A DNA stretch of 64,000 nucleotides. It comes from Candidatus Eiseniibacteriota bacterium. Lineage in GTDB: Bacteria > Eisenbacteria > RBG-16-71-46 > CAZAMP01. Where the stretch lies: assembly GCA_965224245.1 (NCBI GenBank), contig OZ245046.1, positions 2,336,001 to 2,400,000 of the forward strand, given 5' to 3'. The notes under the pieces are model-generated. The model saw only the letters and a program-made list of their open reading frames with translations. It did not search any database and was not told the origin of the DNA. The position numbers were made by a program, and so were the translations under genes. Below are positions 10,801-19,345 of this stretch, in pieces (position 1 is the first letter of the stretch; the number at the start of each line of letters is the position of its first letter).

Positions 10801-11092
10801 CGAGCCCCACGCCGTCGGTCTCGCAGTCGAGGATGCACGCGTCCCGGTCACCCGTCTGCGAGCGCACGGTGATCGCCTTGCCCAGGAAGTCGAGGTTGCG
10901 ATTGCCGGGGCCGGTGAAGACGCCGTCGGTCAGCTCGACGACGTCGCCGTCGGAGGCGGCGGCGATGGCGTCGGCGATGGTGGCCACGTCGCCTGTGCCG
11001 TCGGGATGGACGACGATCACGTCGGCCGACGCGAGGGCCGGGAGGAGGACGGCGAGGGACAGCCCCGTGGCGCATGGACGGCTCGGACGCAC
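7856..11092 (-). CDS. secreted right-handed beta-helix repeat protein (3 modules) with C-terminal sorting-like domain
   Basis: Signal peptide; three modules starting 'VxPDGxGDxxTIQxAI' with GGA(I/L) repeats and ending 'GNxSADPxFC...SPCLP'; tail 'PNPF...YDVAGRRV...GVYFLKL'. Confidence 0.85.
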   Translation of the reverse strand: MRPSRPCATGLSLAVLLPALASADVIVVHPDGTGDVATIADAIAAASDGDVVELTDGVFTGPGNRNLDFLGKAITVRSQTGDRDACILDCETDGVGLDRAMSFVTGEGAGTVVESITIRNGYAGGSGDDGRGGAMFCNGAGPTIRDCVLESHEAVLAGGAVYCRNATTRFEDTHVVDCTAGSGGAMWIHLSSVTLDGCTLEGNVSDVFGGAMGWNSSTGTIVGSVFVDNGSPSGRGGALRLSTGADVAIATSTFVGNLATDGGAIDVSASTLTVDRSIIAYTAGGGAITGAASLTCSDLAVNVGGSWTGAIAGQLGVDGNISADPIFCDLLARDLTLRSDSPCLPGQHPDGAACDRIGARDEGCVYTGAVTYVVHPDGSGDLPTIQDAILAAATSDTVALGDGRFAGPGNVDLSYLGKAIVVRSISGDPGTCILDGEGGSRLVSFDLGEGSGSVLEGVTLTGGRVSGGCPTGCGGAVRCISASPTLRNVDFVGNEAGGTADGGALYCTGGAAPVVESCRFIDNRAGDDGGALHSWDSAPTVVGSVFFANLADGGVGGGLGASAGSAVVVDRCTFVDNRAGDSGSAIGTDTDATATISASIVAFNGAGDAVGGTGASLSCSDVFGNTDGDWTGSIWDQIGVDGNFSADPLFCEPGLVDVGLLAGSPCLPGQHPDGADCGVIGALGEGCDPDGPVVHVLEDDGTGEFSTIQAAIDAVPSGHAIALADGVYTGDGNRDLDFRAKTVTLRSLSGDPAACILDVGGTPGEAHRGIWFRQGEGVLTRVQNLTIQGAWVTHFGAAVAASSRASPTIEGCVFRNNHANTAGGAMSADDDCTPTFIDCVAYGNTSPIGGALRARQCAPVLIGCTLVSNEADQGAAVYVEGGGGTVHLERTLVAWNSGDEAVRCTSTQTPSATCTDIYGNSGGDWTGCMAGLDGIDDNFSLDPLLCDVAGGDLRLADTSPCLPAASPCGERVGALGEGCTTIGVDDEPGAERLRLTVGPNPFRAALRLSLVGGSARVRSTAWVDVYDVAGRRVARVPVSTTRPTLWPGARDLPVAAGVYFLKLDDRPDVGPLRVVRVR

Positions 11093-11315
11093 GACGGACC
11101 CCCACGGGTTCGGAGGACGTCGGGAGTCTACCAGAGCGACGAGGATCGCGTCATGATCTCACCGCATGGTGATCGTCGACGAGCGACCGCGGGGCGTTCA
11201 CCGACAGGAATCGAACGCCCATCGACCGCAGCTGCTATCGTCGCGCTTGCCGATCGACTCGACAGCACGCGACCGAGTGTGACGGAACGCGACCGGACGC
11301 GGCCCAGGCGAACGC

Positions 11316-12587
11316 ATGATGCCCATCGACCCGACACAGCACGAGATCGCCGAGCTCTTCCGGCGCGAGTCCGGACGGCTCACGTCGGTCCTCACGCGTC
11401 TCCTCGGTCCCCACAACCTCGAGCTGGCCGAGGACGTCGTGCAGGAGTCGTTTGCCGCGGCGCTGACGCACTGGTCGGACGACGGCGTCCCCGACAATCC
11501 GAGCGCCTGGCTCCTCACGACGGCACGCAACCGCGTCATCGACGTGATCCGCCGCGAGCGCACGCGCCGCACGTTCGCCGACGATCTGGTCCGTTACCTC
11601 GACAGCGACTGGACGCTGAGCGCCACCGTCGACGACGCCTTCGACGAGGACGGCATCCGCGACGATCAGCTCCGGATGATCTTCATGTGCTGCCACGAGT
11701 CGCTGACCCTGGAGAACCGGATCACGCTCATCCTGAAGGTGCTCTCCGGGCTCAGCGTGCCCGCGATCGCACGCGCGCTCCTGACCACCGAGGCCACGAT
11801 CAACAAACGCCTCTACCGAACGCGACGGCGCCTCGAGGGCGTGGCGTTCGCGCTGCCGCCGCCCGATGTGAGGCGGGCCGCGCTCGACACCGTGCATACG
11901 GTGCTCTACCTCGTGTTCAACGAAGGTCATCTGTCGACGAGCCGCGAGCCGATCCTGCGCGAGCTCTGCGGCGACGCGATGATGCTGACACGCATGCTCG
12001 TCGACACACCGGGCCTCGGCAACGCGGACACCGTCGCACTCCTGGCGCTGATGTCGCTGAACGCGGCGCGCCTCGACGCACGGCTCGACGAGGACGGCGC
12101 CCTGGTGCCGCTCGACCGACAGGACCGCTCGAGGTGGAACCGATCGCTGATCACCGAGGGGTTCCGGTACCTCCAGCGCGCGTCCCGGATGGAGGCCACG
12201 ATGGCCGGGCGCTATCACCTGGAGGCCGCCATCGCAGCGCGTCACTCGTCGGCCGCGTCGTTCGCGGAGACCGACTGGGTCTCGATCTGCAATCTCTACG
12301 ACCGACTCCTCGAGGTGAGCCCGAGCCCGATGACGGCGCTGAACCGCGCGGTGGCGATCTCGTATCGCGACGGTCCCGCGGCCGCGATCCCCATGGTCGA
12401 GGCGCTCGGGCGCGATGGATCCGGGGTTCCGCGCCACACGCTGGCCGCGGTGCTGGGCAATCTCCATGCGCGGGCGGGATCGGTCCTTCGCGCGCGCGAG
12501 TGCCTCGACGATGCGCTCGCGACGGCGCCGACCGATCCCGATCGCGCGATGATCCGGGGCCAGATCGACCGCCTGCCCGGGGCATAG
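11316..12587 (+). CDS. ECF sigma-70 factor with long C-terminal extension (ECF42-like)
   Basis: 'AEDVVQESF..AL..W...GVPDNPSAWL..ARNR.ID', 'LRMIFMCCH', 'LYLVFNEG', 'LDRQDRSRW', 'YHLEAAIAA', 'LNRAVA'. Confidence 0.9.
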   Translation: MMPIDPTQHEIAELFRRESGRLTSVLTRLLGPHNLELAEDVVQESFAAALTHWSDDGVPDNPSAWLLTTARNRVIDVIRRERTRRTFADDLVRYLDSDWTLSATVDDAFDEDGIRDDQLRMIFMCCHESLTLENRITLILKVLSGLSVPAIARALLTTEATINKRLYRTRRRLEGVAFALPPPDVRRAALDTVHTVLYLVFNEGHLSTSREPILRELCGDAMMLTRMLVDTPGLGNADTVALLALMSLNAARLDARLDEDGALVPLDRQDRSRWNRSLITEGFRYLQRASRMEATMAGRYHLEAAIAARHSSAASFAETDWVSICNLYDRLLEVSPSPMTALNRAVAISYRDGPAAAIPMVEALGRDGSGVPRHTLAAVLGNLHARAGSVLRARECLDDALATAPTDPDRAMIRGQIDRLPGA

Positions 12588-12619
12588 CCCCGAGAGGCGG
12601 CCGGTCCCGGTGTGGCGAC

Positions 12620-12997
12620 TCAGGAGCCCCGCGTGTACTCCTCGGCCGTCATCACGCGGCGCACGAGCACCCGGCCGTCGGGGTTGTTTCGGAGGAACGG
12701 GCACCCCTTGGCCAGCTCGGTCGCGTGATCGAGCGACTCGGCCTGGATGACCGAGAAGCCGCCGATCAGCTCCTTGACCTCCGGCAGCGTGGTGTCGGTC
12801 ACGATGTCGGCGCCCCGCTTCCGCAGCGTCGCCGTGTCGGACTTCAGCGCCGCGCCGGGATTGCGGAGGTTGCCGGAGGTCTCGAGCTCCTTGAACCACG
12901 CGCCCCACTGCTCCATGACGGCCTGGAGCTCCGCCGGGGTCGCATTCGTCATCCAGTCGGGATCACCGCCCTGGTACAGAAGTAGATACTCGGTCAC
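12620..12997 (-). CDS. YciI/DGPF family protein
   Basis: GAGGAG RBS and GTG at 12997. 'EYLLLY...W..W..EL...EVKELIGGFSVIQAESLDHATELAKGCP'. Confidence 0.85.
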   Translation of the reverse strand: MTEYLLLYQGGDPDWMTNATPAELQAVMEQWGAWFKELETSGNLRNPGAALKSDTATLRKRGADIVTDTTLPEVKELIGGFSVIQAESLDHATELAKGCPFLRNNPDGRVLVRRVMTAEEYTRGS

Positions 12998-13066
12998 GTC
13001 TCTCTCCTCGGTTCGGATCGTTCGTGTCGTCGACAGTATGTCTCGGAATGCGCGTTCCGATCCAAT

Positions 13067-13093
13067 GACGATCGGGCGGGGTGAAATGGGACA
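13067..13093 (-). promoter_or_regulatory. possible ECF promoter upstream of the YciI gene
   Basis: TGTCCC-N17-CGTC on the minus strand, resembling the TGTC(GA)/CGTC ECF42-type motif. Confidence 0.35.
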
Positions 13094-13278
13094 GCGTGTC
13101 CGAGTTTTTGTCGTACTCCAGGCGTGCGGGGAGCCGTCGAGGCGCGTCGCGTCACGAGACGCCGGCGGCGACGTCGAGCCTCGTGCACGGGTCGGCCCGC
13201 ACGTGCAGCACGTCGTTCTGCCGGAGGTGCCGGTGCTCGTGCACCCGGGTATTGCGGTTCGACCAGCGTGGGCGCTAC

Positions 13279-13530
13279 GGCTCGGGGTGGGCGCCTCGGG
13301 GCTCGGGGTGGGCGCCTCGGGGCTCGGGGTGGGCGCCTCGGGGCTCGGGGTAAGCGCTGTGCGGCTCGGGGTGAGCGCCTCGCGGCTCGAGGTGAGCGCC
13401 TCACGGCTCGGGGTAAGCGCCTCGCGGCTCGGGGTGAGCGCCTCGCGGCTCGGGGTGAGCGCCTCGCGGCTCGAGGTGAGCGCCTCACGGCTCGGGGTCA
13501 GTACCTCGTGGCTCCGGATGAGCGTGGCCA
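13279..13530. repeat. tandem array of 21-bp units (11 good + 1 degenerate), no spacers
   Basis: Consensus ggctcggggtgagcgcctcgc repeats contiguously from 13279. Confidence 0.95.
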
Positions 13531-13751
13531 AGGGTCAGTACGTGAAGGCGCGGGGGCGGTGGGCGCCGAGGGCGCGGACCGAGCGTCGTGCGGCACGCGC
13601 TTTGACGGATCGCCCGGTGTCTTGCGCGGCCACACGACCGGATCGTCCTGGATCGATCGCCACGGCGGGTTGACGACCCTCGGCGGTCGGCGCGGCAACG
13701 ATCCAGGCACACCTGGCAGCCTGTAACCTATTGTGTACAATCGCTTTATGC

Positions 13752-13780
13752 TTGACTTCGCCCGACGGTTCCGGTAGCCT
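13752..13780 (+). promoter_or_regulatory. sigma70-type promoter upstream of the HNH gene
   Basis: TTGACT-N17-TAGCCT with an AT-rich upstream tract. Confidence 0.55.
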
Positions 13781-13977
13781 CCTCAGGTCGATCAGCCCCA
13801 GGTCGGCGAAGCACTCTCCCCTGTCGATCGAGCAGTTGCCCCGGTTCCTTCGCCGCGCACGCCCCGGGCGATGGCGTTCATCGGTCGATCTCCGTCAGCG
13901 CCGATTGATGACGCGGCTCCGTTCGCTCGGGTCGGCCGGTCGTCCGAGGCTCAACACCGTCGACTGAGGGGTGCATC

Positions 13978-15555
13978 ATGCGGGTGTCCAGGTCCGACTC
14001 ATCGCGGGTCGCGAACATGTCCAGCACGAACACGAACCGTCTTCAGGGGACGAACGCGCAGCGCGACGCGCGCTCCCGTCTTCAGGGGACGAACGCCGGG
14101 CGCGAGGCGCGCTCCCATCGCGCCTGCCGGCGTCTGGAGCGCGTGCGACGTCTGGAAGGCCGCGCGAGCGTCGCGGTCGCGCTGTCGTTCGCCGAGATCG
14201 ACGCCGAGCACCACTATCGCGTGCTCGGCTTCACCTCGATGCTGGCGTACGCGATGGAGCGACTGGAGATGTCGGCGTCGCGGTGTCATCAGCTGCGGGG
14301 GCTGTCCGAGCGGATGCGGGAGTTCCCGGCGCTCCGCGACGCGATGGCGTCGGGCCGGCTGAGCTGGACGAAGGCGCGCGCGATCGCCCCGATCCTGACC
14401 GCCTCGTCCGCGGATGCGTGGATCGGGCTGGCGTCGCGCCTGTCGCGTCGGGAGCTGGAGCAGCGGATCGCGGACGCCCGGGGGGCGGCGCGGCGTGCGG
14501 TCGGTGGCGGGGCGCAGGAGACGATCCGGGTCGATCCGGTGCCGGCGAAGCCATCGTCACGAGGGGACGCGGCGGCGTCGCCGACGATCGGCGCGGCCGA
14601 CGTCGCGCGGGCCGCCGATGAGGCCATCGCGGCCGATCTCGCCAACGCGGACAGCATCGCCGTGTCCGGCGCCGGCGCGGACGCGGTGGCTGACTCGGCC
14701 GCAGCGGTCGACTCCGCCGCGGGGACCAACTCCACCGTCGCGGACGACTGCCCTTCGGTGGCCGACTCGGTCGCGGACGTCGACTCGGTCGCTGGGGTCG
14801 GCGATGCGGCCGTGACATCGGCGCCGACGCTCGAGGTGACTCTCGAGCTGCGCGTGCGGCTCGACACCCTCTCCCATGCGCACGCCGAGGCCGCGTGGGA
14901 GCACGCCCGGAAGCACGGGTTCCGGGGCTCGAAGGCGGAGTTCGTCGTCGCGGCGATGGCGATGTTCGCGAACGCCCTGTCGTCGGGGTCGGCGCCTCGG
15001 TCGACGTCGGCGGAAGCGGCGGCTCGGTCGACGGCGCCGTCTTCCTCATCCCCGTCGGCTTCCTCATCCCGCGTGCCTCCGTCGTCTCCGGCGTCGGCGT
15101 CGTCGGCAGCGTCCTCCTCGGCGTCATGCTCCACGCCGTCTTCCTCGTCGTCGGCGATGGTGGCAGAGGCGGGACCGCGGTCGTGCTATCAGATCGTCGT
15201 CCAGGACTGTCCGACCTGTCATCGGGCGCGCGTCGGCGATCGTCCGCTCAACGATGTCATGCGCCGGGCCATTCTCGCCGACGCGGACGTCGTCGACGCT
15301 CGCGGTCGGCGGCGCGCCAGCATCGCGCCGAGCCTGCGGCGACGCGTGCTCGCGCGCGACGAGCACCGATGCCGTGTACCCGGGTGCAACAGCCGTCATC
15401 ACCTCGCGGTGCATCATCGGCTGCCCGTGGAGCGCGGGGGTCGGAACACGATGGAGAACCTGGCCACGGTGTGCTGGCGCTGTCACGCCGCGTTGCACGC
15501 GATGCCGGTGGCCGCGGCGCGCGAGGTATGGCTCGTCGCGCGACGGCGTGAGTGA
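13978..15555 (+). CDS. DUF222-like helical N-terminus, Ala/Ser-rich linker and C-terminal HNH endonuclease
   Basis: 'LGFTSMLAYAMERL...P.LR.A...GRLSWTKA'; C-terminal 'RRRVLARDEHRCRVPGC...HH...GGRNTMENLATVCWRCH'. Confidence 0.85.
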   Translation: MRVSRSDSSRVANMSSTNTNRLQGTNAQRDARSRLQGTNAGREARSHRACRRLERVRRLEGRASVAVALSFAEIDAEHHYRVLGFTSMLAYAMERLEMSASRCHQLRGLSERMREFPALRDAMASGRLSWTKARAIAPILTASSADAWIGLASRLSRRELEQRIADARGAARRAVGGGAQETIRVDPVPAKPSSRGDAAASPTIGAADVARAADEAIAADLANADSIAVSGAGADAVADSAAAVDSAAGTNSTVADDCPSVADSVADVDSVAGVGDAAVTSAPTLEVTLELRVRLDTLSHAHAEAAWEHARKHGFRGSKAEFVVAAMAMFANALSSGSAPRSTSAEAAARSTAPSSSSPSASSSRVPPSSPASASSAASSSASCSTPSSSSSAMVAEAGPRSCYQIVVQDCPTCHRARVGDRPLNDVMRRAILADADVVDARGRRRASIAPSLRRRVLARDEHRCRVPGCNSRHHLAVHHRLPVERGGRNTMENLATVCWRCHAALHAMPVAAAREVWLVARRRE

Positions 15556-16038
15556 CCGCGAGTCGTCGCACAACGGAACGAGCCCACGCGCCGGGTGCGG
15601 GAGCCGTCTCCCGCGTGCGCAAACCTGTCGGCGACGCGAACCTGTCGGGGACGCGAACGGGTGACGGGCTTCATGCGGATCGCGAGGGCCACGCGACGCC
15701 GAGGGGACTGCGACCGTCACGCGCCGCCGAGACACTCGCCATCGTCGCCGGCGCCGAGAGGCTGACTCGGATCCCGACGCTCTCGAGACACTACGCGAAG
15801 GCATCACCCAGGGATGGCCCGTGAAGATCGTGATGGCCCGTGAGGATCATGATGCACGACGGTCTCGATCTGCCACGATGGTCGGCGGGGTCACCCGGTC
15901 GAACGAGCATCCACGTGTACCATGACGTAGCCCGGCGTCCGCGGTGCCCGAGCCTCCGGAGCATCGCTCACGCAAGCGACGTCTGCAGATGCCTCGGATG
16001 CACCGCTGGTCGGCCGTCTCCACCGAGCATCCCGCTCG

Positions 16039-17454
16039 TCAGGCATCGTCTCCGACGATGGCGCGGAGCGCCCGCGCCACGTCGATGGCCGATGTGATCC
16101 CGGCGCCGCGATCGCCGAGCCCCATGACGATCGGCTGGAGATCGCCCGGCATCTCGGCCCGGCCGTGCGATCCCCGGACGAGTGACGCGTCGAGCGGGAT
16201 CACGTCCAGGAGGGTCCGGAACCCGAGCTTCTTCTTGACGATGCGCGAGCCGACGGCCAGCTTCGGCGCCTTGAGCCGCGGATCCAGGAACAGCTCCACC
16301 GGGTCGTAGCCGGGCTTGCGGTGAATGTCCACGGTTCGCGCGAAGTCGGGCGCCACGCGGTCGTCGAGCCAGTAGTAGTACGTGAACCATGCGCCCGATC
16401 GCGCGACGGCCACGAGATCCCCCGCCCGCTCGTGGTCGAGACCCGCGTCGCGCTTGCCGTCGGCTCCGAGGACGCGCTCGATGTCGGGCTCGCCCGCCAG
16501 CAGACGCGCGACCGGCTCGACGTCGTGCGGATCGCGAACGTACACGTGCGCGACCTGGTGGTCGGCCACCGCGAACGCACGACTGGCCCCGGGATCGAGC
16601 ATCTCGAGCCCGTCCTCGACCCGCACTCGCACGAGCCCCTCCCGGCGGAGGAGTCGATTGACGTGGATCGGTGTGTCCACGGGCTCGATCCCGTACTCGG
16701 ACAGGATGACCGTGCGCACGCCGCGCGCGTCGTAGTGGGCCACGAGCTCCCCGAGCACGGCGTCCACCTCGGCCACGGCGTCGCGTGCCGGGGCGCCGTC
16801 GGGGCCGTGCTTCTGGAGCGCGTAGTCGAGGTGCGGCAGGTACACCAGCGACAGCGACGGCGCGTGCCACTCGTCCACCAGACGCGCCGCGTCCGCGATC
16901 CAGCGGGTGGACACGATGGATGCCCCCGGGCCCCAGAACTGGAACAGCGGGAACCGTCCCAGCCGCTCGGTCAGCCGATCGCGGAGCTCGGGCGGCTCGG
17001 CGTAGCAGTCGGGGATCTTGCGCCCGTCGGCCTTGTAGAGCGGGCGCGGCGTCACCGCCACGTCCACCGGCGCGTACATGTTGTACCACCAGAAGAGCTT
17101 CGCCACCGAGAAGCCCGATCGCTCGCGACGCGCGCGCTCCCAGAGCTTCTCGCCGTTCACGAGACGGTTCGACTGCTTCCAGAACCGGATCTCGGCCGAC
17201 TCGCGGTCGTACCAGCCGTTGCCGACGATGCCGTGCTCGCGCGCGGTGAGCCCGGTCAGGAGGGTGGACTGCGACGTGCACGTGACCGCCGGCAGCGGCG
17301 GCGTGAAGCGCGCGTGGCCGCGCTCGTCCCGGAACGCCCGCAGCACGCGCGTGTGCTCTCCGATCAGGCGATCGGACAGCGCCACGACGAGGATGACGGC
17401 GAGTCGGTCGGACATCTCTCTCTCCGTCCTCGATGCGGGTGCGTCCGCGGTCAT
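16039..17454 (-). CDS. eboF: alkaline phosphatase superfamily nucleotide pyrophosphatase (EboF)
   Basis: 'PAVTCTSQST..TG...HGIVGNGWY', 'FWWYNMY', 'YLPHLDY.LQK.GP', 'VDIHRKPGYDPVELF'. Start is 17454 (TGATG overlap) or 17415. Confidence 0.85.
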   Translation of the reverse strand: MTADAPASRTEREMSDRLAVILVVALSDRLIGEHTRVLRAFRDERGHARFTPPLPAVTCTSQSTLLTGLTAREHGIVGNGWYDRESAEIRFWKQSNRLVNGEKLWERARRERSGFSVAKLFWWYNMYAPVDVAVTPRPLYKADGRKIPDCYAEPPELRDRLTERLGRFPLFQFWGPGASIVSTRWIADAARLVDEWHAPSLSLVYLPHLDYALQKHGPDGAPARDAVAEVDAVLGELVAHYDARGVRTVILSEYGIEPVDTPIHVNRLLRREGLVRVRVEDGLEMLDPGASRAFAVADHQVAHVYVRDPHDVEPVARLLAGEPDIERVLGADGKRDAGLDHERAGDLVAVARSGAWFTYYYWLDDRVAPDFARTVDIHRKPGYDPVELFLDPRLKAPKLAVGSRIVKKKLGFRTLLDVIPLDASLVRGSHGRAEMPGDLQPIVMGLGDRGAGITSAIDVARALRAIVGDDA

Positions 17455-19193
17455 CACTCCCGGAAGCGATGCGCGAAGTGCCAGCGGAGCCGCGCGTCGA
17501 TCTGCCAGCCGTCGGCGCCGAGATCGGTGCCGGCGGCGTCGCGCCACGGGCCGCTGCGATCGATGCGCGCGGCGCTCAGCTCGACGTCGGCGCGACCGGC
17601 CAGCGGCATCGCGACGTCGGTCCGGCTCCACGTGACGCGGGCGACGCGCTCGCGTGCAACGTCCCCGGTGATCCAGTCCTTGTCCTTCTTCTCGAGCCCG
17701 AAGAACCCGATCTCGTCGCCGCGCCGACCGTCGACGAGCCCCCAGCGCGCCTGCTCGAGCTCCAGCGCGATCATCCCCCGCGTGCGCGGAATCGGCATCC
17801 GGAACGCGACGTACACGTCGTCGGCGTTCGGTCCCAGCCAGTGTCCGAGGAGCCGTCCCTCGCCGCCCAGGAGATCGTCGCGCACCAACGCGCGGCGGAT
17901 GTCCCGATCGTGGTGGAAGTACACCTGCGGATCCAGGTGCGCGAGCTCGACGTCGAGATCGGCGCCGGAGATCCCGAACGGGTTCGCCCAGCGCACCCCG
18001 ACGAGCTCCGCGAAGCTCGAGATGCCGGCCTCGTCCCCGTCCTCCGCGGCGTCCAGCACCACGAGCCGATCCAGCAGGAACTCGCCGTAGATCGTGAACG
18101 GTCGCAGGCCGACGCTGGCGTCGAGGCCGGCCACCTTCTTGTCGTCGGTGCCGGACTGATCGTAGATGTCCTGCGTCATCGCCAGGAGCACGCCCACCGG
18201 GTTCACGTACGCGAGGTCGATCCCGCGGCCCCCGTACGCCGCCGCCTCGTACAGCCCGAGGGTGACCCGTCCCGGCAAGCGCACCTCGAGCCGGTGCATT
18301 GCCACGTACGCGTCGCCGGGCACGTGGACCTCGGTGCTGTCCGGTGGGAACTTCTCGCCGGGGATGACGCTCGGCGGATCGGGTCCCCGCTGGGTCTGCG
18401 CGAACAGGCTCGTCAACGACACACGCCGCGTTCGGAGGTGTACGGACAGACCGTCCAGCGGATACGGGTTCTCGCTCAGGAAGAGTCCGCCGCGCCGACC
18501 GGTGCCCCAGCGCCGATCCTCGCGCCCGAAGCGCACCTCGGCCCACGACGTCGCGTAGAACAGCACCGCGCGGTCCAGACGGATCGACGGATCGATGGTC
18601 ACCCGATCGACGGCGGTGGGCAGGTTGTCGACCCAGGCCCGCGAGTCGGGGCGTCGCTTGAAGCGACCGTAGTCGGCGTAGAGACCCAGCTGCGCCCCGA
18701 ACGACCGTCGCACCTGAGCGTCGAGGCTCAGCTCGAAGAGGCCGCGGCGACGGGGACGCCGATCCACGAGCATCACCGAGTCGACGGTGGCCGGTCCCCC
18801 GAAGAACTCGATCGCGGCGCCGGCCTCCCACAGCACCCGCGGCGCCCCACCGGCGCCCCGGGGAACGTCGGACGGTGCAGCCGCGCCATCGGTGTCCGGC
18901 GTCCACGCATCGGCGTGGGCGGCGAGCCGCGCGAGGCGCCCGCGATCGCCGGCTCCCGCCGCCGGGTCGAGCGCGATGGACGCGATCGCATCGCGGAGGT
19001 CGCGGCGGCTCATCGGGCGCATCGCGAGCGCGCCGTCCCAGGCCCCGAGCGCGCGGAAGTGCTCGAGATGGTCGTATACCTCGTGTTCGGGCTCGACCCG
19101 GTGGATCTCCTGGGCATGCGCCCAGCCGGGAGCCGAGAAGACGATCGCCATCGCGATCCGAGTGCGTCGTCCGACACGATCCACCACGCGCAA
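17454..19193 (-). CDS. Wzi-like capsule assembly outer-membrane beta-barrel
   Basis: Signal peptide ...AHA-Q; 'GREDRRWG.G..GGLFLSEN', 'AMHRLEV', 'LGLYEAAAYGG', 'YGEFLLD', 'LGHWLGPNAD'. Start uncertain (TTG 19193 after GGAGG). Confidence 0.7.
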   Translation of the reverse strand: MRVVDRVGRRTRIAMAIVFSAPGWAHAQEIHRVEPEHEVYDHLEHFRALGAWDGALAMRPMSRRDLRDAIASIALDPAAGAGDRGRLARLAAHADAWTPDTDGAAAPSDVPRGAGGAPRVLWEAGAAIEFFGGPATVDSVMLVDRRPRRRGLFELSLDAQVRRSFGAQLGLYADYGRFKRRPDSRAWVDNLPTAVDRVTIDPSIRLDRAVLFYATSWAEVRFGREDRRWGTGRRGGLFLSENPYPLDGLSVHLRTRRVSLTSLFAQTQRGPDPPSVIPGEKFPPDSTEVHVPGDAYVAMHRLEVRLPGRVTLGLYEAAAYGGRGIDLAYVNPVGVLLAMTQDIYDQSGTDDKKVAGLDASVGLRPFTIYGEFLLDRLVVLDAAEDGDEAGISSFAELVGVRWANPFGISGADLDVELAHLDPQVYFHHDRDIRRALVRDDLLGGEGRLLGHWLGPNADDVYVAFRMPIPRTRGMIALELEQARWGLVDGRRGDEIGFFGLEKKDKDWITGDVARERVARVTWSRTDVAMPLAGRADVELSAARIDRSGPWRDAAGTDLGADGWQIDARLRWHFAHRFRE

Positions 19194-19345
19194 GCGTCGC
19201 CCTCCGGGGTTCGGGAGTCCTCGGTCGACCGTGGGGCCGGCCGAACGCGGCGGCATTCTAGTGGAGCGCGATGGCGGCGACAAATCGCGGTCCCGGGCGC
19301 GAACGATCGGCCACGGCACCGCGCCCGGCGATCGTGCGGGATCGA

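Noticed and set aside
13279-13530. CRISPR array
   Set aside because: Units are contiguous with no unique spacers, and there are no cas genes in the window.
13731-13740. FNR or LexA box (TTGTGTACAA) upstream of the HNH gene
   Set aside because: Does not match TTGAT-N4-ATCAA or the SOS boxes I know, and is too short to call.
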